From assembly GCA_024137785.1 (NCBI GenBank), contig JAHRHZ010000018.1:34296560-34360559 (forward strand): 64,000 bases of DNA, read 5' to 3'. The notes under the pieces were generated by a model. That model was given only the letters and a program-made list of their open reading frames with translations, did no database searches and was not told the origin of the DNA. The first letter of the stretch is position 1, and each line of letters begins with the position of its first letter. This DNA is from Ginglymostoma cirratum (lineage: Eukaryota). The position numbers and the translations under genes were made by a program. Positions 36,801 to 51,294 of this stretch are shown in pieces.

Positions 36801-37799
36801 AGTTTGAACACACTGTTAGCATCAAACATTCCTAGTAATGTTAAAACTGGAGAAGGTGTGTGGCAGCTAGTGATATCAGGAGCTGGTAATTATTGGTTGT
36901 AGGATTTGTTTCCATCTAAATTCCTTTTAAATTCCCTCCTACTAGTACTGGCAAGTTAGAATATACTAATGTTTGGTGAAGAGACTTAATGTGGCATCTA
37001 TTTATTCATTATCCATCACAATTCTTTCAACAAAAAAAAACTGCCATTGGGGTCAACTCTATTTCTGGAACATGATTTATACAAAGGAGTTCCAAAACAC
37101 TACTGCATATTATCCTGTACGAATACTTGTCAGGATGTCAAGATATGGAATCCATCTTATTTCCAAGCCTCCAATGACAAAACAGCAACACAGCTTCAGA
37201 TCTAAAATTAAAATCTTAATCACAGCTAGTCAATAATTAACTTTGTTGTCCAAGAATTTAGTGGATAATTTTAGCTCACTCCAACCACTAGAAATCAGGT
37301 TGAAAGTGGTTTAAAATATAAATGACATGCTTATGGTCTATTTCCTGTCTCATGGTAATTTTAATACCACTATTTTTATGGCATCTGTGACATCTTTCAG
37401 ATTTAGGCATGAGCCTTACCAATACAGGTAAATTGGACTCCTGATTATTAGATAGGAGCCCAATTCAATTTTAATTTTAATTCTGGGATGTTCTTTTGAA
37501 CCCAATAAGAACATTTTAGCTGTAGTCAACTCCCATCCCACCCATAATCCACCCATAATCTGCTCATGACTTACTTGGCTACTGACTTGGCCACCTCAGG
37601 AAATCTTGATTCTTATTGATTGTCAGGCTCCACCAGAAAAGTTGAAAAATACACCCCTGTCTATTTTCCTTCAGCACTAAAATCTGATCTAATGTCCTTA
37701 AATATCCGAAGGAGGCCCCTCCTAGACTAATGGGATACTGCCATTTCCCACAGCAACAATCCTTGTGGTTTCTGTTTATGAGAGTTTTTTTATTGAGGA

Positions 37800-38660
37800 A
37801 TCAAGGTGAAGGATAAAAGCCCATATGGCAGTACACCATCAAGGTTGAACAGAATAACATAGATGTGATAAATCAGGAAGTTATAATTAGATGCTAAGCT
37901 TGCGGAAGGAATCAGCGATAAAGGCTGGGATTTTTTTGTTTTGTCTTTTGCCTGCCAGTTTGCGATTTTCCTATCCATTAAACTGAATAGGAGAAATGGT
38001 TAGCTGCTTATAGCGGAGATAGAAAACCCTAGACAAAAAAAAAATCAAAAACTGCATAGTTTTGAAGGAACACAGGGAAAAAAGAGCAATTTTAAGTATA
38101 TTTTTAGAATGAGGCAAAGGGGAGAAGGATGACATTTTAGATAAAGATTCTAATTTCCTTTCATTAAATTTGAATGGATATGTGGAACCGAACAATTTCT
38201 ATGAACGGTGGATATGGTGCTATCCTTGGCATTCCAGGAAGATCTACCTCCTAAGCAGATTGAGAAAATGATTAATAAAGAGATAAATTACATTGGGTTG
38301 TTGGTAGTTATGGACTGATGGATTTGTACCTACTTGAAACTGGGCTGAGAATGAATCAATTCATTTTCATTAGAGTCTAGAAAGATACATGGAGAAGGCA
38401 CCTTATCATTCGGGCTAGAAAAATGAAAGTGTTCTAACCCACTGTGCTGTCCATTTAAGTCTAATTAACATTGATTAATTCCATACGGCCATAGAGTTTG
38501 CCCTAACACCACAAGTCCACTGAAAGAGGACCTTTTTCAACATATAAGCTCATGTTGCCTTTTCCAAAAACAGAAAAAAATTAAACAGCCGTGTTACCTA
38601 ATGAGTAAATTGAGCATAAAGGCTGAACCATGTCTAATTTGGGTTAATACACCCTACCAC
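37800..38660. promoter_or_regulatory. Putative conserved non-coding element block
   Basis: Repeat-free. CATATG E-box, several GATA sites, TAATTA, TGATTAAT twice, and a TGATGGAT Pbx-Hox site (38316-38323). Confidence 0.45.
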
Positions 38661-41600
38661 TTAAGGTGAGCCAAAATAACTTGGATTCTTTGGAGAAAAT
38701 TATACGGAGCAGGCAGAAATTAAGAATAGCTCGTGAGAGCGAACATCCTCTGCCAGTGACCCAGAACTGCAGGTGGAGGTCATGAGGTGGAGGATTTAGA
38801 AACAGCTGCATGTTCTCCCAAAGGATGCTACAAACAGTAGAACGTTTTGTGTTTACAGTGCAAGAATGAAATGAGGGGGAAAACATGATTCAGATAGTTG
38901 CTGATTTTATAAAATAAAGAACTAAATCTAAGATCATTTCATAATGATTATTTCAAACAAGTTTTCCTCAGGGACAGTTTTGAAGTTTGCTCAGTTTTGC
39001 ATTTTTCAACAGCCTATTATAGAATAAAACGGCATAGCTGTGCAGCTTTGAATAAAGTGCTGAATAAATACTTCAACTGAATAACTTAAGTGTTCACTCA
39101 AATAAATTAAACTTCTAAAAGCCAATATTTAGATGTGGTCTCATTTCAGTAGACCTCTACAATCTTATTCATTTCAAGAGAGTTCCAAGAAGGGCTATTT
39201 CAATATAATACTTTCCGACCAGTGAAAATAGCTTAATATATGATTTGATTAGATTTGAAATTTGTGTCACTTTTTTTAAAAATGATCAATCATGATCCAA
39301 ATATTTATTTCACTTCTATAGTCCTGCAAAGTGGAGCATGATACTCTCTGTAGTAAACTTGTGTGTTTAAGAAAAAGTAGTCCTCACCATTCTGGGATCC
39401 TTTATACAATATTCAGTCTGTTTTTGATTATGATTTATGCTTAAATGAAACATTTTGCTCCTGATTGTATGCAGGGGACAGGAGCAAAGAGTTTTGTATT
39501 AATACAGTTCCTCTAAAGCTGTCTCTGAAAAATTGTACTGCATGTGATTTGCAGTGCAGTAGGTTAGTTATTTTTGTAACCTGGAAGTAATATCAATGAT
39601 GTCACAAATTGGATCACATGGTGGTCATGACCTTCAATTTTTCTTTAACATTCCATTTATTAAAGTGATCAGATTAATTTATTTTCATACATAAAACAAG
39701 GCAAACTAGACAGATACATACATACATATATATTCAAAATTCATGACTCATTAAACAAGCCCTCCCAAATATCCCCCAAGAATGCATTATGTATTACTGG
39801 TCTTTTAGGAACACATTACATTCAATGGGACGTGTCAATGAGTCCATGCATTTCTGTTAAACATTACTCCTTGCTCGTGGCAGAAGTTCTTTGCCTGTGC
39901 ACACTACATCCTCAAAGTATTAATTGTAAAGAGTTACTGGGTTTTTTTAAATTACAAAAACATATGTTACAAATAGAACTGTTGATTTCAAAGCAATGGG
40001 GTGTTGAATTTAGACGTGCGAAGTCTGTTGCTCACACATTCAACTTTCTATCTTAGCAATGTCTTAGCAAATGGTTAAATCACTTTTTCAGTGGTTCTTG
40101 TTGATAAGTTTATACACTATTATAATTCTTTGATACTTCATTTAGTCACATGTCCATTATAACTGCAATACTTGCAGCAGCATGATAATGTATGTATTCA
40201 GGCTGTGGATTTTTTAAAAAAAATAGAGTAGTAGTGATAATTGAGAGATTTTCTGGTCACAGATCCTTCACAACTTTTTACTTGACATCAATGTCAATAA
40301 ATCCTATTGTTCACATGTCTGAGGAATGTGAATGCTCAGATTTGCAATGGTCAGCAACAATGTCGGTAATTGGGAGTCTAATGCCACAAGATGTTCGTCT
40401 TCATCACTGGTTCCATGCTGTGCCTGGGTCAACTTAGGAAACTACTTCAGCAATGCCACCCATTTATATTGAATAACCTCAGGAAAATGGAAGCTGAAAC
40501 AAAATATAACACGGAAGTACTGAGTGGCTTGAAGATCCTCTGATGATCGTGGCATGAAATCCCGCAGCTCCATCTGCAACTAGCCCTGTGGAGGCTTTTT
40601 CTGTCCAACCCAAAGGATCCACCAGCTTTGGATTTCTGTAATTAATTGTGTCTGTCCTGGCACACAAGGACACATCAATGTTTATGCATCCTCATGCTCA
40701 CTTGGTAGTACCCACCCTCTAATTTGACCTGCAGCATCAGGAGGCTGCCTACCATTCTTTATAGGAGAATAAGCACGGAGGTGGCCAATTAGGAGATAGG
40801 TTGCTCCTGTGGGTGCTCTTTTATTGGAAATGCTCAGAAGCTCCACCTAAGCCTGATATCAGGATTCAGAAGTTCAGCCTATTATTTCAGTCCAATATCT
40901 TGGAAAAGTGCACAGCATAGCCAATGGGGAAGTCTGTAGTTCACTAAGACACAGTACAACCTGCACTGTGGACTCCACACCACTGCATCACCTTTGGAAA
41001 CATCATGAAGGAAGCGGGATACTTCTTTCAGGGCGTGCCCTGGGCTGATAGAGTTGTTACCCCTCACCTTGTGCCTCCTCTCTGGATTTCAAAATCTAAC
41101 ATTCATCTCCTCCCTTGGGCGCCCAATCCCTCTCCACCCAAAAAGACTTAATTTGCCTGTCTCTAGCATCCATTACACTTTTCTGTGGGCCTCCTTGTAG
41201 TCCCAGTCACCCCACTATTATCTTTGGTGATAATAGGACTACAAAAGCAGGTCTTCCTTCCATTGAGGGGTGAAAGCCCAATTTTCTGCTTGTTCTGACT
41301 GCCCATAGTATGGTATTGCTATGCCGCAGCCTTTTGTTAAAGTCAGACACAACCAGGCAAGGGAACATAATGCTCAGTCCTAATCCTTATTTTACCCCCT
41401 GTAAAATTGTCGAAGTTATTTGATTATCAGTGCCTTTCATTTCTTGATTGGCTGTCTGTGAAAATGCTTTAATATGATTAGCTGCTTGAGCAAATGGAAG
41501 ATATCACTGTACCTTAATATTGGAAATTTACAATGAGCAGGATTGCAAAAATGTCTGTGGGGATAGTTTCCAATGTAGAGATTATTCAATAGCTCATTGA

Positions 41601-42339
41601 GATTTTCATTGTGGTCAGCTATGAATGCTCTAGTTATGTCACTGTCTGCAAAATCTAGGCCAACAAAAATTGACAGTGCCACATCACACACTTCCCAGTT
41701 AATTTTCAAAAAATTATTTACTCTATCAAGATGCTAAATAACTGATTTCCAATATATTTGATTTCTTTCTACCTGTATTGTGCAGGGGATGGGCACCTGG
41801 GTACCTGTGAGTATGCAGATTAGGTGCCAATAAAATAATTTGTTGCATTTTTAACCTGAGAATTGTGTGGCAAAGCTGTCTTGAGCCTGAAAATGTCACC
41901 GATAGGTGAGTTAATTTTATTTTAGTTTCCTTCTAATGCCCAACACCAATAACCCCTGTCTTTCTTGCCTTACAGGATTTCTTCTCCTTTCCCTTGCTGC
42001 AAAATCCCTTCTAAACACTATCTAATTAGCAGAGATTATTCCTTTGGGCTTCTGAAACAGCCTCCTGCTGCTCAAAATACCACCAACTTGAGGTGCAAGA
42101 CTGGTGTGGCCCAGGAGTTAAAATCTCCTGTATCTCTGGTTGCGGAATGCTATGCAGTTTACTTTTTGCCTCAGCCCTAACATCTGTGTGAGTTAAATTT
42201 GGCTCTTTAATTTAAAAATAAACCAACATAAAAGTGGATTTTGCTTTATCTTGGCCAGTTCTACTGCAATGCAAATAATCCCAATATCTCAAATTTCCAC
42301 TCGTGACGATAGTTTCCCATTGCTGGCATTATCCTTGAG

Positions 42340-42715
42340 AATGATGCGGTAGTATAGAGAGGTTTATAAAATCATGAGCGGCATGGATAGGGTGAATAGC
42401 CAAGATCTTCTTCCCAGGGTAGGGGAGTCCAAAACTAGAGGGCATAAATTTAAGTTGAGAGGCAAATATTAAAAGGGACCTGAGGGACAACTTTTTCGCA
42501 GTTAGGGTGGTGCATATATGGAATGAGCTGCCAGAAGAAGTGGCAGAGATATGTACAATTACAACATTTAAAAGACATTTAGACAAGTACATGGTTGGGG
42601 AAAGTTTAGAGGGATATGGGCCAAATGCAAGCAAATGGGATTAGTTCAGTTTAGAAAACCTGATCGGAATGGATGAATTGGGCCTACTTCTGTGCTGCAT
42701 GACTTTATGACTCTT
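42340..42715 (+). mobile_element. Well-preserved CR1 (HER1-like) 3' end
   Basis: IERFIKS / MSGMDRVNSQDLLPRVGESKTRGHKFKLRG and 'IWNELPEEVAE'. 8-bp tail repeat ATGACTTT-ATGACTCT. Confidence 0.9.
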
Positions 42716-44489
42716 TGTACTAAGATGGCCAAAACTTCAAACCATGCTACAATTGTGGTCCAATCAATGGTTTATATAAAGCCAGCATTATTCATTTCCC
42801 CAACCATAAAATCTAAAATTCCCTCTGTTTTTTCCAAATGACATTTTCTGTCTACCCTCACACTGACATGAATACATTTAATTTTTTTTTCACTGTTTAT
42901 TGACATCTTTCAAGACATGTCGCTTAGCTATATTTCTTGCCTTTACTTCCAGCATCTATGACCCTTCACCTATCCATATCAAATTGCACCTGCTAATTGC
43001 ATGTCAGTTGTACTAATCCGCCGCTACCTTTCTGAAGTCTTTTACAGCCTTATCTCAAATTGCCAAGCCTTCTACTTATGTGAAATCAACACATTTTAAT
43101 ATTATGATCCTATACCAAAATACAGATTATTTGACTATTTTGCTTCACTTAACTCTCTGTCATTAGCCATACGCATTGCAATCAGTTTCATCTGGAGGAG
43201 TAGGGTAACATATTTCTCCTGGCCACTTTGTAGTTGAATAGTGTATACATCAAATTTGGTAACTTCAGACTTTAATTGTATTTCATACATTGACGTGTTG
43301 TTTGGTGGATGGGTCTGTAGGCGCATACCAGGTAGGGAGGTACCAGGTAGTTTGGGATTTGCAACATAGACTTTATTTTAAACAAGAACCTGGGGAAAGA
43401 TTCACAACCTGGGAGAGAGCTTTTTCCTTTCTAATGAAGCACCTTCTGAATTTCATTTTCAGAGCTTTGCAATCTTCTTAAAAATATTATTTTTCTTTGT
43501 TATTTTGTTCTTTTGGGCCTGTCATTTCAGGCTATTAAGTACAAAAATGTGTGTTTTAATGTCTTTCCATCATTGTGCTGATTGACTTCAATATCATCTG
43601 AGTTTTCTATTTGACAGTGAACAGGCCATTCAACCCATTGATTGATTGAATATCCACCTTCGTCCTTTCCTTTCTTTTATCCTTACTGAACTGTTTGGTT
43701 ATTTTTGCTTTTTTCTCTGACAAAGGATCGACAATGGTGACGATAACCTGTTTTTTCTTCTGAACGGATACCAACTTCCCTGTGATGTATTTCCAGTCAC
43801 CCTGTTTTTAGTTCAAAATCTCAGCATTTGCAGTTTCCATTTCTTTGTAGTTGCAAATGTCGATTTTAGTTCACTGACCCAAGGACAGACTGAAAGACTT
43901 GATGGATGACAGAGAGTTTTAAAAACTAAAACCAAAGGGAAATAAATTAAATAAAGTCATTTATTCATTGGAAAATGAATGAACAAATCAGCTTAAAAAT
44001 AGAAGAAATCTCACTATGGACTGGATTAGTGCAGTTTTTGATTTCCTTTCATGGCAGACAGCAAATGACATACATTGTTCAATGTTTACAGCAATTTCTC
44101 CCATATAGAACTGCGGATGTGAATATCTCATTCTTAATCTCATGACCCACCCCTCCACATTCCTTGTGCTGTGGCAGGAATATGTATTTTTTTAAATGAT
44201 GCATGGCAGAGGTTCACTGAGCTTTATTGAACAGCATTCCCCTGGACCAATGACTTCCGTCACTGAAACAACAAGAGCCGTAAGATCATGGTAATATCAC
44301 CTCCTCAAGTTCTCCTCTAAATTGCACATCATCCTGGCTGTTCCTGACTATCATTTGATCCCTATCCTGGAGTTCCCATTCGAGCGCCAAAATAGGAGCA
44401 CTGCCAGCATAAACATAGCAACAAATGAAAGTACATTTCTCAGGACAACTAGAAATGGACAATAAATACATCATTGTAATTGTAAGGTG

Positions 44490-45145
44490 ACAGGATAGGT
44501 GGAGAGAGTGGTTAATAAAGCTTACCATATCTGAGTTTTTTTTTTACTAAAAGGGACATCGAGGATAAGGGGTTTATATTGTACTTGAATAAGTCATTAG
44601 TTAGATCTCAGCTTGAATGTTGTGTAAAGTTTTGGGTGCTACACTTCAGGAATGATGTGAACTCACTGGAATGTAAAAGAGGTTTACAAGAATGTTTCCA
44701 GAGATGGGGAACCACAGTTATGAGGAAAGATTGGAGACATTGGGAGGAGAAAGAGATGAAGAGGAGAAGGCTGAGAGGAGATTTGAAAGAATTTTTAAAA
44801 GCATGAACAGTTTGGACAGAGCAGATTGGGAGAACCTGATGCCACTCATAAAAATATCATATATGAGAGGGCACAGATTTAAAGAAATTTACAAAAGAAG
44901 CAATTGCAATGTGAGATAAAGCTTTTTTACACAGTGAGTAATTAAAGTCTGGAACACACAGCCTAGCAGTACAGTGGAGGTTCAATTGAGGCATCCAAGA
45001 GGGCATTAAATCATTATTTGAACAAAAACAATCTACAGGGTACTGAGGAAGAGGCAGGAGAATGGCACTAAGCCATAATGGTCATTTGGAGTTTGGTGTA
45101 GACACCATGGGATGAATGGCTCCCATTTGCATTTAATTTGATGAT
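44490..45145 (+). mobile_element. CR1 LINE 3' end
   Basis: ORFs 44579-44806 (KSLVRSQLECCVKFWVLHFRNDV...RRRLRGDL) and 44692-44919 (SYEERLETLG; RGHRFK). Confidence 0.85.
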
Positions 45146-46859
45146 ATTGTCAGTGTCACCCAAAACCCCAGGAGTAAATAAAATAGTATCTGCTCAGACA
45201 AAGTATGAGAGCTGATTGCATTCTATAAGCCGAGGTTTGAACTTATTTCTGGTAAAATGGAATCTACCTTTGATGCTCTTATCCTCCTGATTATAATCAA
45301 AAGAGTCCTGCAGAAAACCTACAGTTGATCAGCCTGCTAACGTGTTACCAAGATTGACTTATGAAAAATGGCGAAGTACTGGAGGTCTACAAGAAGCCAT
45401 CAAAACATCAAAAAATAATCACATCAGAAGGGGATGAGAGGAGAAACAAAGAAGAAATTTGTGAGAAAATGTCTTGTCTCTTGTATTATCTGAAGGATCA
45501 CAAAATCATAAAGCACATAACAACCATAAAACACCACTCTTTTGTTGGAAGCGAATACCACGTGCTAATGAATTCAACCAAAATTCCTCTCTTCATTATT
45601 TTAAGTTTAACTTACTTAAATATGTGTAAAATCGTCACCAGAATTTTCATTATTGTAATGGCAAGAGAATCTTTAGGCAAATATGATACAATTTACCTGC
45701 TGGTATTCCACAATGATTCCACTGGCAGATTTATCAAAAACCTTGAGATGACATGAAGGCTTTCAATCCAACCTAAACATACCATGTGCATCCTTGAACT
45801 AAGGTTCAGTACATCCAACATTACATAGAATAATGTCAACTAAAAATGTTCCAATAGGCATGCACTGGATTTTCACATCTGCACAAACCCCTCCACATGG
45901 CATGTTTTCAGAATTGCACAAATAGAATATGCCATGTGGCTAGCCGTTCCCTGACCTCCTGCCCTCCCCCAGACTCCATAAATCAGGAGGGGTGCTGGGT
46001 GCTGAAATTGGCATCCTGCCCACTGATTTTTAACAAATCATTAACAGACATTATCTTGTGAATAAGTGAATTGGCCCAAATCCCAAAGATTATACTATCC
46101 ACACTGTAATGCAGTCAACGTGGGCAGGCGAGCGGGGGTCAGAAGCCTGTTTTCACGACTTTGTTGAGAAAGGATGAGGGAAGCAAATCATTTGTGTAGG
46201 TTTGTTGTGTGCATCAAGGGCATCCCTCCTCACTACCACACACCCACCTCTTGTTCTACTCTTCCTGGCTTCCAAATCCTACTCTCACCTTAGAACCCCA
46301 CACTCTTTGGGTTCCACAATCCATTCCCATCCAAAGCCTGTGGCCTACTTAGCAGCTGTGCTCCATTGGACAGCAGGCCTCAAAAACAGGACTCCCAGTC
46401 ATTGAGGGATGGAAGTCCAATCCTCAACCCGACATGGCTAACTAGATCATGGTATGACTGTTTTTCCTTCAGGGGCGGGGGGGGTGGTTCCAGCATGTAT
46501 CCTGTACAATTCAGACCCAGTTTCAACTGTTAGACTAGATTCCATTTAGCTGCCAGTTTATTTCAGAGTTTTACCGGAAGCCAAAGAAAAAATGCTTTAA
46601 AGTTAATATCAGGCTTACTGATAAGTGAATGTGCCTCATGGCATCAAAATAAGTCAATACAACACAAAAGGGTCTACATTTGATTTCTGGGACAGGGGCT
46701 TGGTGGCCACATAGAGGCAGAAGCTAAGACGAACAGATGTGTCAATTCCTCACATTAGTCTTCATGCTGGTTTCCTGACATCGTTCCAACAGCCAGTGGT
46801 TTTATGCAGGAGCGAGAAGATGGGATCTGCCAAGCCACTCAAATCTGAGGAGTGATCAA

Positions 46860-47220
46860 TCAACCCTATCAATGTTTTCGTTGACAGCTCATTAAAGGGT
46901 AGTCTGTTGTTTTTGTTGGAAGGCATGGGATCTTCACTGGGTCTGACACAGGTCAAGTAAAAAGAGGTGGCAATATAGCAGAGAGCCAATTGTGGCCAAT
47001 TTTTCAAAGGGGTGGGCTCAGAGAAGGGTGCAGTCTGAGACAGCGCAGTCATCCATTGACTGCCCTGAGTAGAGTTAGTGCAGTTAATGGTCTGTGTACC
47101 CCTATCACTGGGAGGAACCATGACATTCCAAGATTTATGGGGCCAAGAAACGGTACAGTAACATTATGAGTGCAGCTGAACCCAAGGAAGGCAAGAGCTG
47201 GACATGGAATTAAGGTCCAC
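46860..47220 (+). mobile_element. Possible degraded CR1 ORF1 (SGNH esterase-like) remnant
   Basis: VFVDSSLKG resembles 'VIGDSIVRG', followed by CCF.G and RFMG. Heavily frameshifted. Confidence 0.3.
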
Positions 47221-47968
47221 AGAGATAATGACAAGTAGAGATGAGGATCAACACCCGCAGGAGCAGATGTACAGCCCCAGACATTGGGTTGTTGGGGGGG
47301 AGGCGGTGATGCTGGGGGATGGACGGAGATAGCAATAAGGGACAAAAAGCCAGTAAAGGTCACACCTTCAGCATTGATTCTACCATTGAAGAAGCAGCCA
47401 CTGGACATATTAAAAAATAGTGCCTATTTTTGCAGGTCTGGATAACTGAGATTTATGTCTAATTGAAGGAAATCACAGACCTTGCACTGTTGCTTTGCGC
47501 ATAGTGCAAATAGCAGTTAAAACACTGTGGCCTTGAGTTTCTTCACCTCAGTTGCAGACATTGGTGGTGTCTGTCAAGCCACCAATTCACCTTACAGGTT
47601 ACTGACGTCCTATTTGCAAAAGTTGGGCAATATGTAATCTTTCAAGCATATGGAGCCTTATAGGCACAAATGGCAATGCTTCCCTTGCTGGTTTCCCAGA
47701 GGTGCAGGGCATCACCAATTGCAGCCAGATGCGCATCAATGTACCAAGTAAGCAGCCAGTGAGATTCTCAAGCAGGAGAAGGGTTTCCAATCCCTAAAGG
47801 TTTCTGGTATACAGCCACTGTGTTTTCAGCAGGTGTCCATGGCTTTTCTATTGGCTGTTATGTTTCTCCTCTTATGGTAATCCAGAGTGCTACTGCTATT
47901 CATGTTGTCACTGAGATTCCATGGATAGCTTCTTGGGAACAACAGATAGCTCTAGGAGAGCTCTGAAC

Positions 47969-48126
47969 TCCCCTCCCTCTCCCCCTCCCCCTCTCCATTT
48001 CTGAAGAAGGGTCCCAACCCGAAGTGTCAGCTTTCCTGTTCCTCTGATGCTGCCTGGCCTGCTGTGTTCCTCCAGCTCCACACTTTGTTATCTCTGACTC
48101 CAGCATCTGCAGTTCTTGCTATCCCT
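47969..48126 (+). mobile_element. Penelope-like pseudo-LTR fragment with hammerhead motif
   Basis: C-rich leader, then CTGAAGA-AGGGT-CCCA-ACCC-GAAG-TGTC-AGC (48001-48031), then the shared TGATGCTGCCTGGCCTGCTGTGTTCCTCCAGC tail. ATAGCTCT occurs on both flanks. Confidence 0.75.
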
Positions 48127-49034
48127 ATAGCTCTTGAAGAAATGGCTATTCACACCTTTACGTGGTTCTCAGAGAGAGGCACAGAGATGCTACAGCTAAA
48201 ACCACATGCTCATAAAGACCACACTGAGCAGACCATTGACCTCTGACAGTGCAGTTTTGGTGCCTGGACAAGTGGGATGGTACCCCTTTAGTGCCCTCCC
48301 ATAGGGTCTCATGCCTAGTGTTCTTCATATCATGCCCCTCCAGAATCTGTGGGCCTTGATAAAGGGCGAAGTGATAAATTGCTGCAGTTCATTGGAGTTA
48401 GAGTAAGATGAACAATTGTTCTGATCTTAATAATAACACATGCACATATTTCTCCGACGTGCTCAGTTTCCCGGTTCAGAAATCATTACTTCTTCTCTGA
48501 GAACAAGGCAATTGTTATTCTCACTCAACTTCAACATGGCCTGAATGATGGGATCACTAAACCCTGGAGTTGCTCTACAATTAGTGCCCAGCCTCTGCCT
48601 CTTCTCTTCATCATTTCTTTCAATCATTACATTGGAATTTGTTTGCCGTAATATGGCTATCAATAATAATGAGTTAAGCAAACACTTTGAGCTCTCTGCC
48701 TCTTTCCCACACTTTTCACTACAAGGACTGACCACCTGGAAAAAGAAAACTTGTATATTCTTCTGCTGCGGAGTGGAGTTGAGATCCAGAAATATTATTG
48801 ACACTGGGGAGTCCCAATCTTAAATGCGAAATTCCTTCCCTAGGTCTCTGGTGAGGAATTTGATCTTACCCAGGGTTCCAATACAGCAAAATATTTATTC
48901 TACATTGTACCTATGTTCACCCGAGGGTGAAAAAATAGTTAGTCCATCAAGTGTTTACTGACTCTTGGTACACATTGGATGAGGTCATGTTTGATTTGGC
49001 AGATTCATCCATATGTGTTCTGCCTGAAGGTAGA

Positions 49035-49138
49035 TCATAGAGTCATACAGCACAGAGACAGAACCTTCGGTCCAACTAGTCCATGCCAAACATAATCCCA
49101 AACTAAAGTAGTCCCACCTGCCTGCCCTTGGCCCATAT
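49035..49138 (-). mobile_element. CR1 3' tail
   Basis: TCATAGAGTCATACAGCAC...TTGGCCCATAT is the reverse complement of the tail type at 42614-42713. Confidence 0.75.
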
Positions 49139-49259
49139 TTTGTCAATGGTCTTTTCCATTGGTTTTCAATGGGATTGCAGGTTTCAAATGTACCTCAGTC
49201 AAAAAGAGAACTTAATTCAAATTGTTGCTGCATTCAGAAGCATATGCTAGCTATCTATC

Positions 49260-49560
49260 CAACGGAGCTAACTGCCCACCTTATTATGATGCTGCCGCCA
49301 TTAATTAACCTGCCACCGCACTGATGCATACTGCCATATTGGGAGAGATATAGATGTCTGCTGGTACCTGTGGAGTATGTAGAAACAGGACTTAACCTCA
49401 TCAGAAGGGGAAAAAAAGATAATGGCAAGTAAAAAAATCTTCTTTAAAAGTTTTCCAGTACAGCAGCCCACTGATTTATGAGCGTCCAACTTATAAATTC
49501 TCATTTATGAAGCACAATCTCATTCAGGGGTGTAATTATAGAAATCTGACAGTGAACATT
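49260..49560. promoter_or_regulatory. Putative enhancer with Pbx-Hox and Meis sites
   Basis: TTAATTAA (49301-49308), TGATTTATGA (49472-49481), TTTATGA and TGACAG (49547-49552). Confidence 0.4.
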
Positions 49561-50029
49561 TCTTGTATGGTTCTTTTATAATTTCCTGCATTGTATTCTG
49601 ACTTGCATACAGATCGACTTGTGAACAGACTCAAGAAAGGAATCTATTTGCAATTGCTTGTATTACTTTAAAAACTAAGTTTTGATCATCAACAGGAGAT
49701 ACAAAAAATGCAAGAGAAAATTGCTTGCATCACAAAATATATGCACAGATGTTGAGGTAGAAATGGGAAAACCGACAAGTTTATTAATACTTATTCTTCA
49801 ATTAAGATAATAATCATCATAACAAAAAAAAGATCTTAAGACTATTATCAATACCCAGATCTCATGTAATGGAGAGAAAAGACCTAACCTGTTTTCTACT
49901 AATTCATGTCTCACATGTGAGGTTTTTGACATACTTACTATGAAAAAATAACTGAAGTGACTTCCCCAAAGGTTTTATTCTTTGGTGAACATTCTCCCAG
50001 GTGGTCTGCAACCAAGGATAAAGAATCTC

Positions 50030-50248
50030 ACCTGTCCTTCATCTACAGAGCGGTGAGCCTGTAAAATTCTCTACCACTGAAAGCAGTTGAGGCCCAAAAT
50101 ATTGAATGCTGTCAAGAAGTTGGATATAGTTCTTAAGGCTAAAAGGATCAAAGGGTATGGAGATCAGCAATAATCACATTAAATAGTGGAGTAGGCTTGA
50201 AGGGCTAAATAGTCTACTCCTGCTCCTACTTTCCATGTTTCCATGTTT
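50030..50248 (+). mobile_element. CR1 3' end
   Basis: Colinear with 12350-12572. Tail repeat TTCCATGT twice. Confidence 0.75.
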
Positions 50249-50459
50249 GCAATAGGAGTCCTACCTGCACCCATTTGGCACAAGTATCACTCTTGGACAT
50301 TAACGTATTAAATCGGGTAATCTTTGCCCACCAGAACTGTCTAGAATTGTTTCAAACCCAACCATTCTGACTCAGAGGTAGGAATAATGGTTGACCTATG
50401 GTTAATCTATGCAGAAATCAGTCCATGAAGGAATATTCAGCTAGTTTTGGAGACAATTA

Positions 50460-51294
50460 TGTAGTCTCCACTCTGTCATAGTAACGGTAAACATCAATTA
50501 TCGATATTTGATTCCTATCATTTGATTTTAACATCTAAGACCCATCATGGACTGAAAATGGTTTTTAAAAAATACAAAACGGACTAAAAATGGCTGCTGT
50601 GATCACCTAACTAGATTGGACCGAGGTCATGAAACCATCACTAAACAAAGGATCAGCCTGAGCTGAAATTAGCATTTGTATAAAAGGGAATTGAAAATCA
50701 AATCTATATCTCCCAGTTGAGTCACACCAATCTGGAGGTTACACATTGTGATGAAAGAGTGTCTATGGAGCATTCAGCTTGGAAAACAATAACTAGACTC
50801 AGGAAAATAAAAATGGATCTTTACTGGAAGCTGATTTTGATTAACTGAGGAACAGCAAAAACGAAATGAACTTACAAACAAGATCTGGAGGACACTATCT
50901 CTTCCTGTTCTTCTCTCTCAACGTCAAAATCCACTGCCAGTGAAAAAGAAACTTGGAACAACTGCTTACTGATAACTCAAGACCGACAAGCTTTTCCACT
51001 TCTGAGGTAACAGGGCTGCAACGAAATCTTTAGAATGGAAGAATTCTAAAAAATTGTAAACTGCAACTGTCTCTACCTTCCTGTTTTTGTTGGGTTTAAC
51101 ACAAAATGCCATTCTAATTTAAACAAGAAAATCTTGGCACTGGCTTAACTTTATTTTTGATCTAGCCACCTATATTTAATTGACATATGATAGCTACATC
51201 CTAGATAAAACTAAAAATATTTGTCGTAGCTGATCACAGTGGGGGAAGGTATTGGAAAAAAGAGATCACCTCACCTCCTCACCTGGTCCTAACA
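50460..51294 (+). mobile_element. Solo LTR, about 835 bp, 5-bp TSD
   Basis: AATTA (50455-50459)-TGT...AACA-AATTA (51295-51299). TATAAAA at 50679-50685. U5-like end CCTCACCTGGTCCTAACA. Confidence 0.7.

Noticed and set aside
43714-43835. Additional hammerhead-family copy
   Set aside because: The tail resembles the family but the core is too decayed to count as a motif.
45862-46518. Another Harbinger-like TIR element
   Set aside because: The left end resembles the 15033 terminus, but the right TIR match is too weak to delimit.
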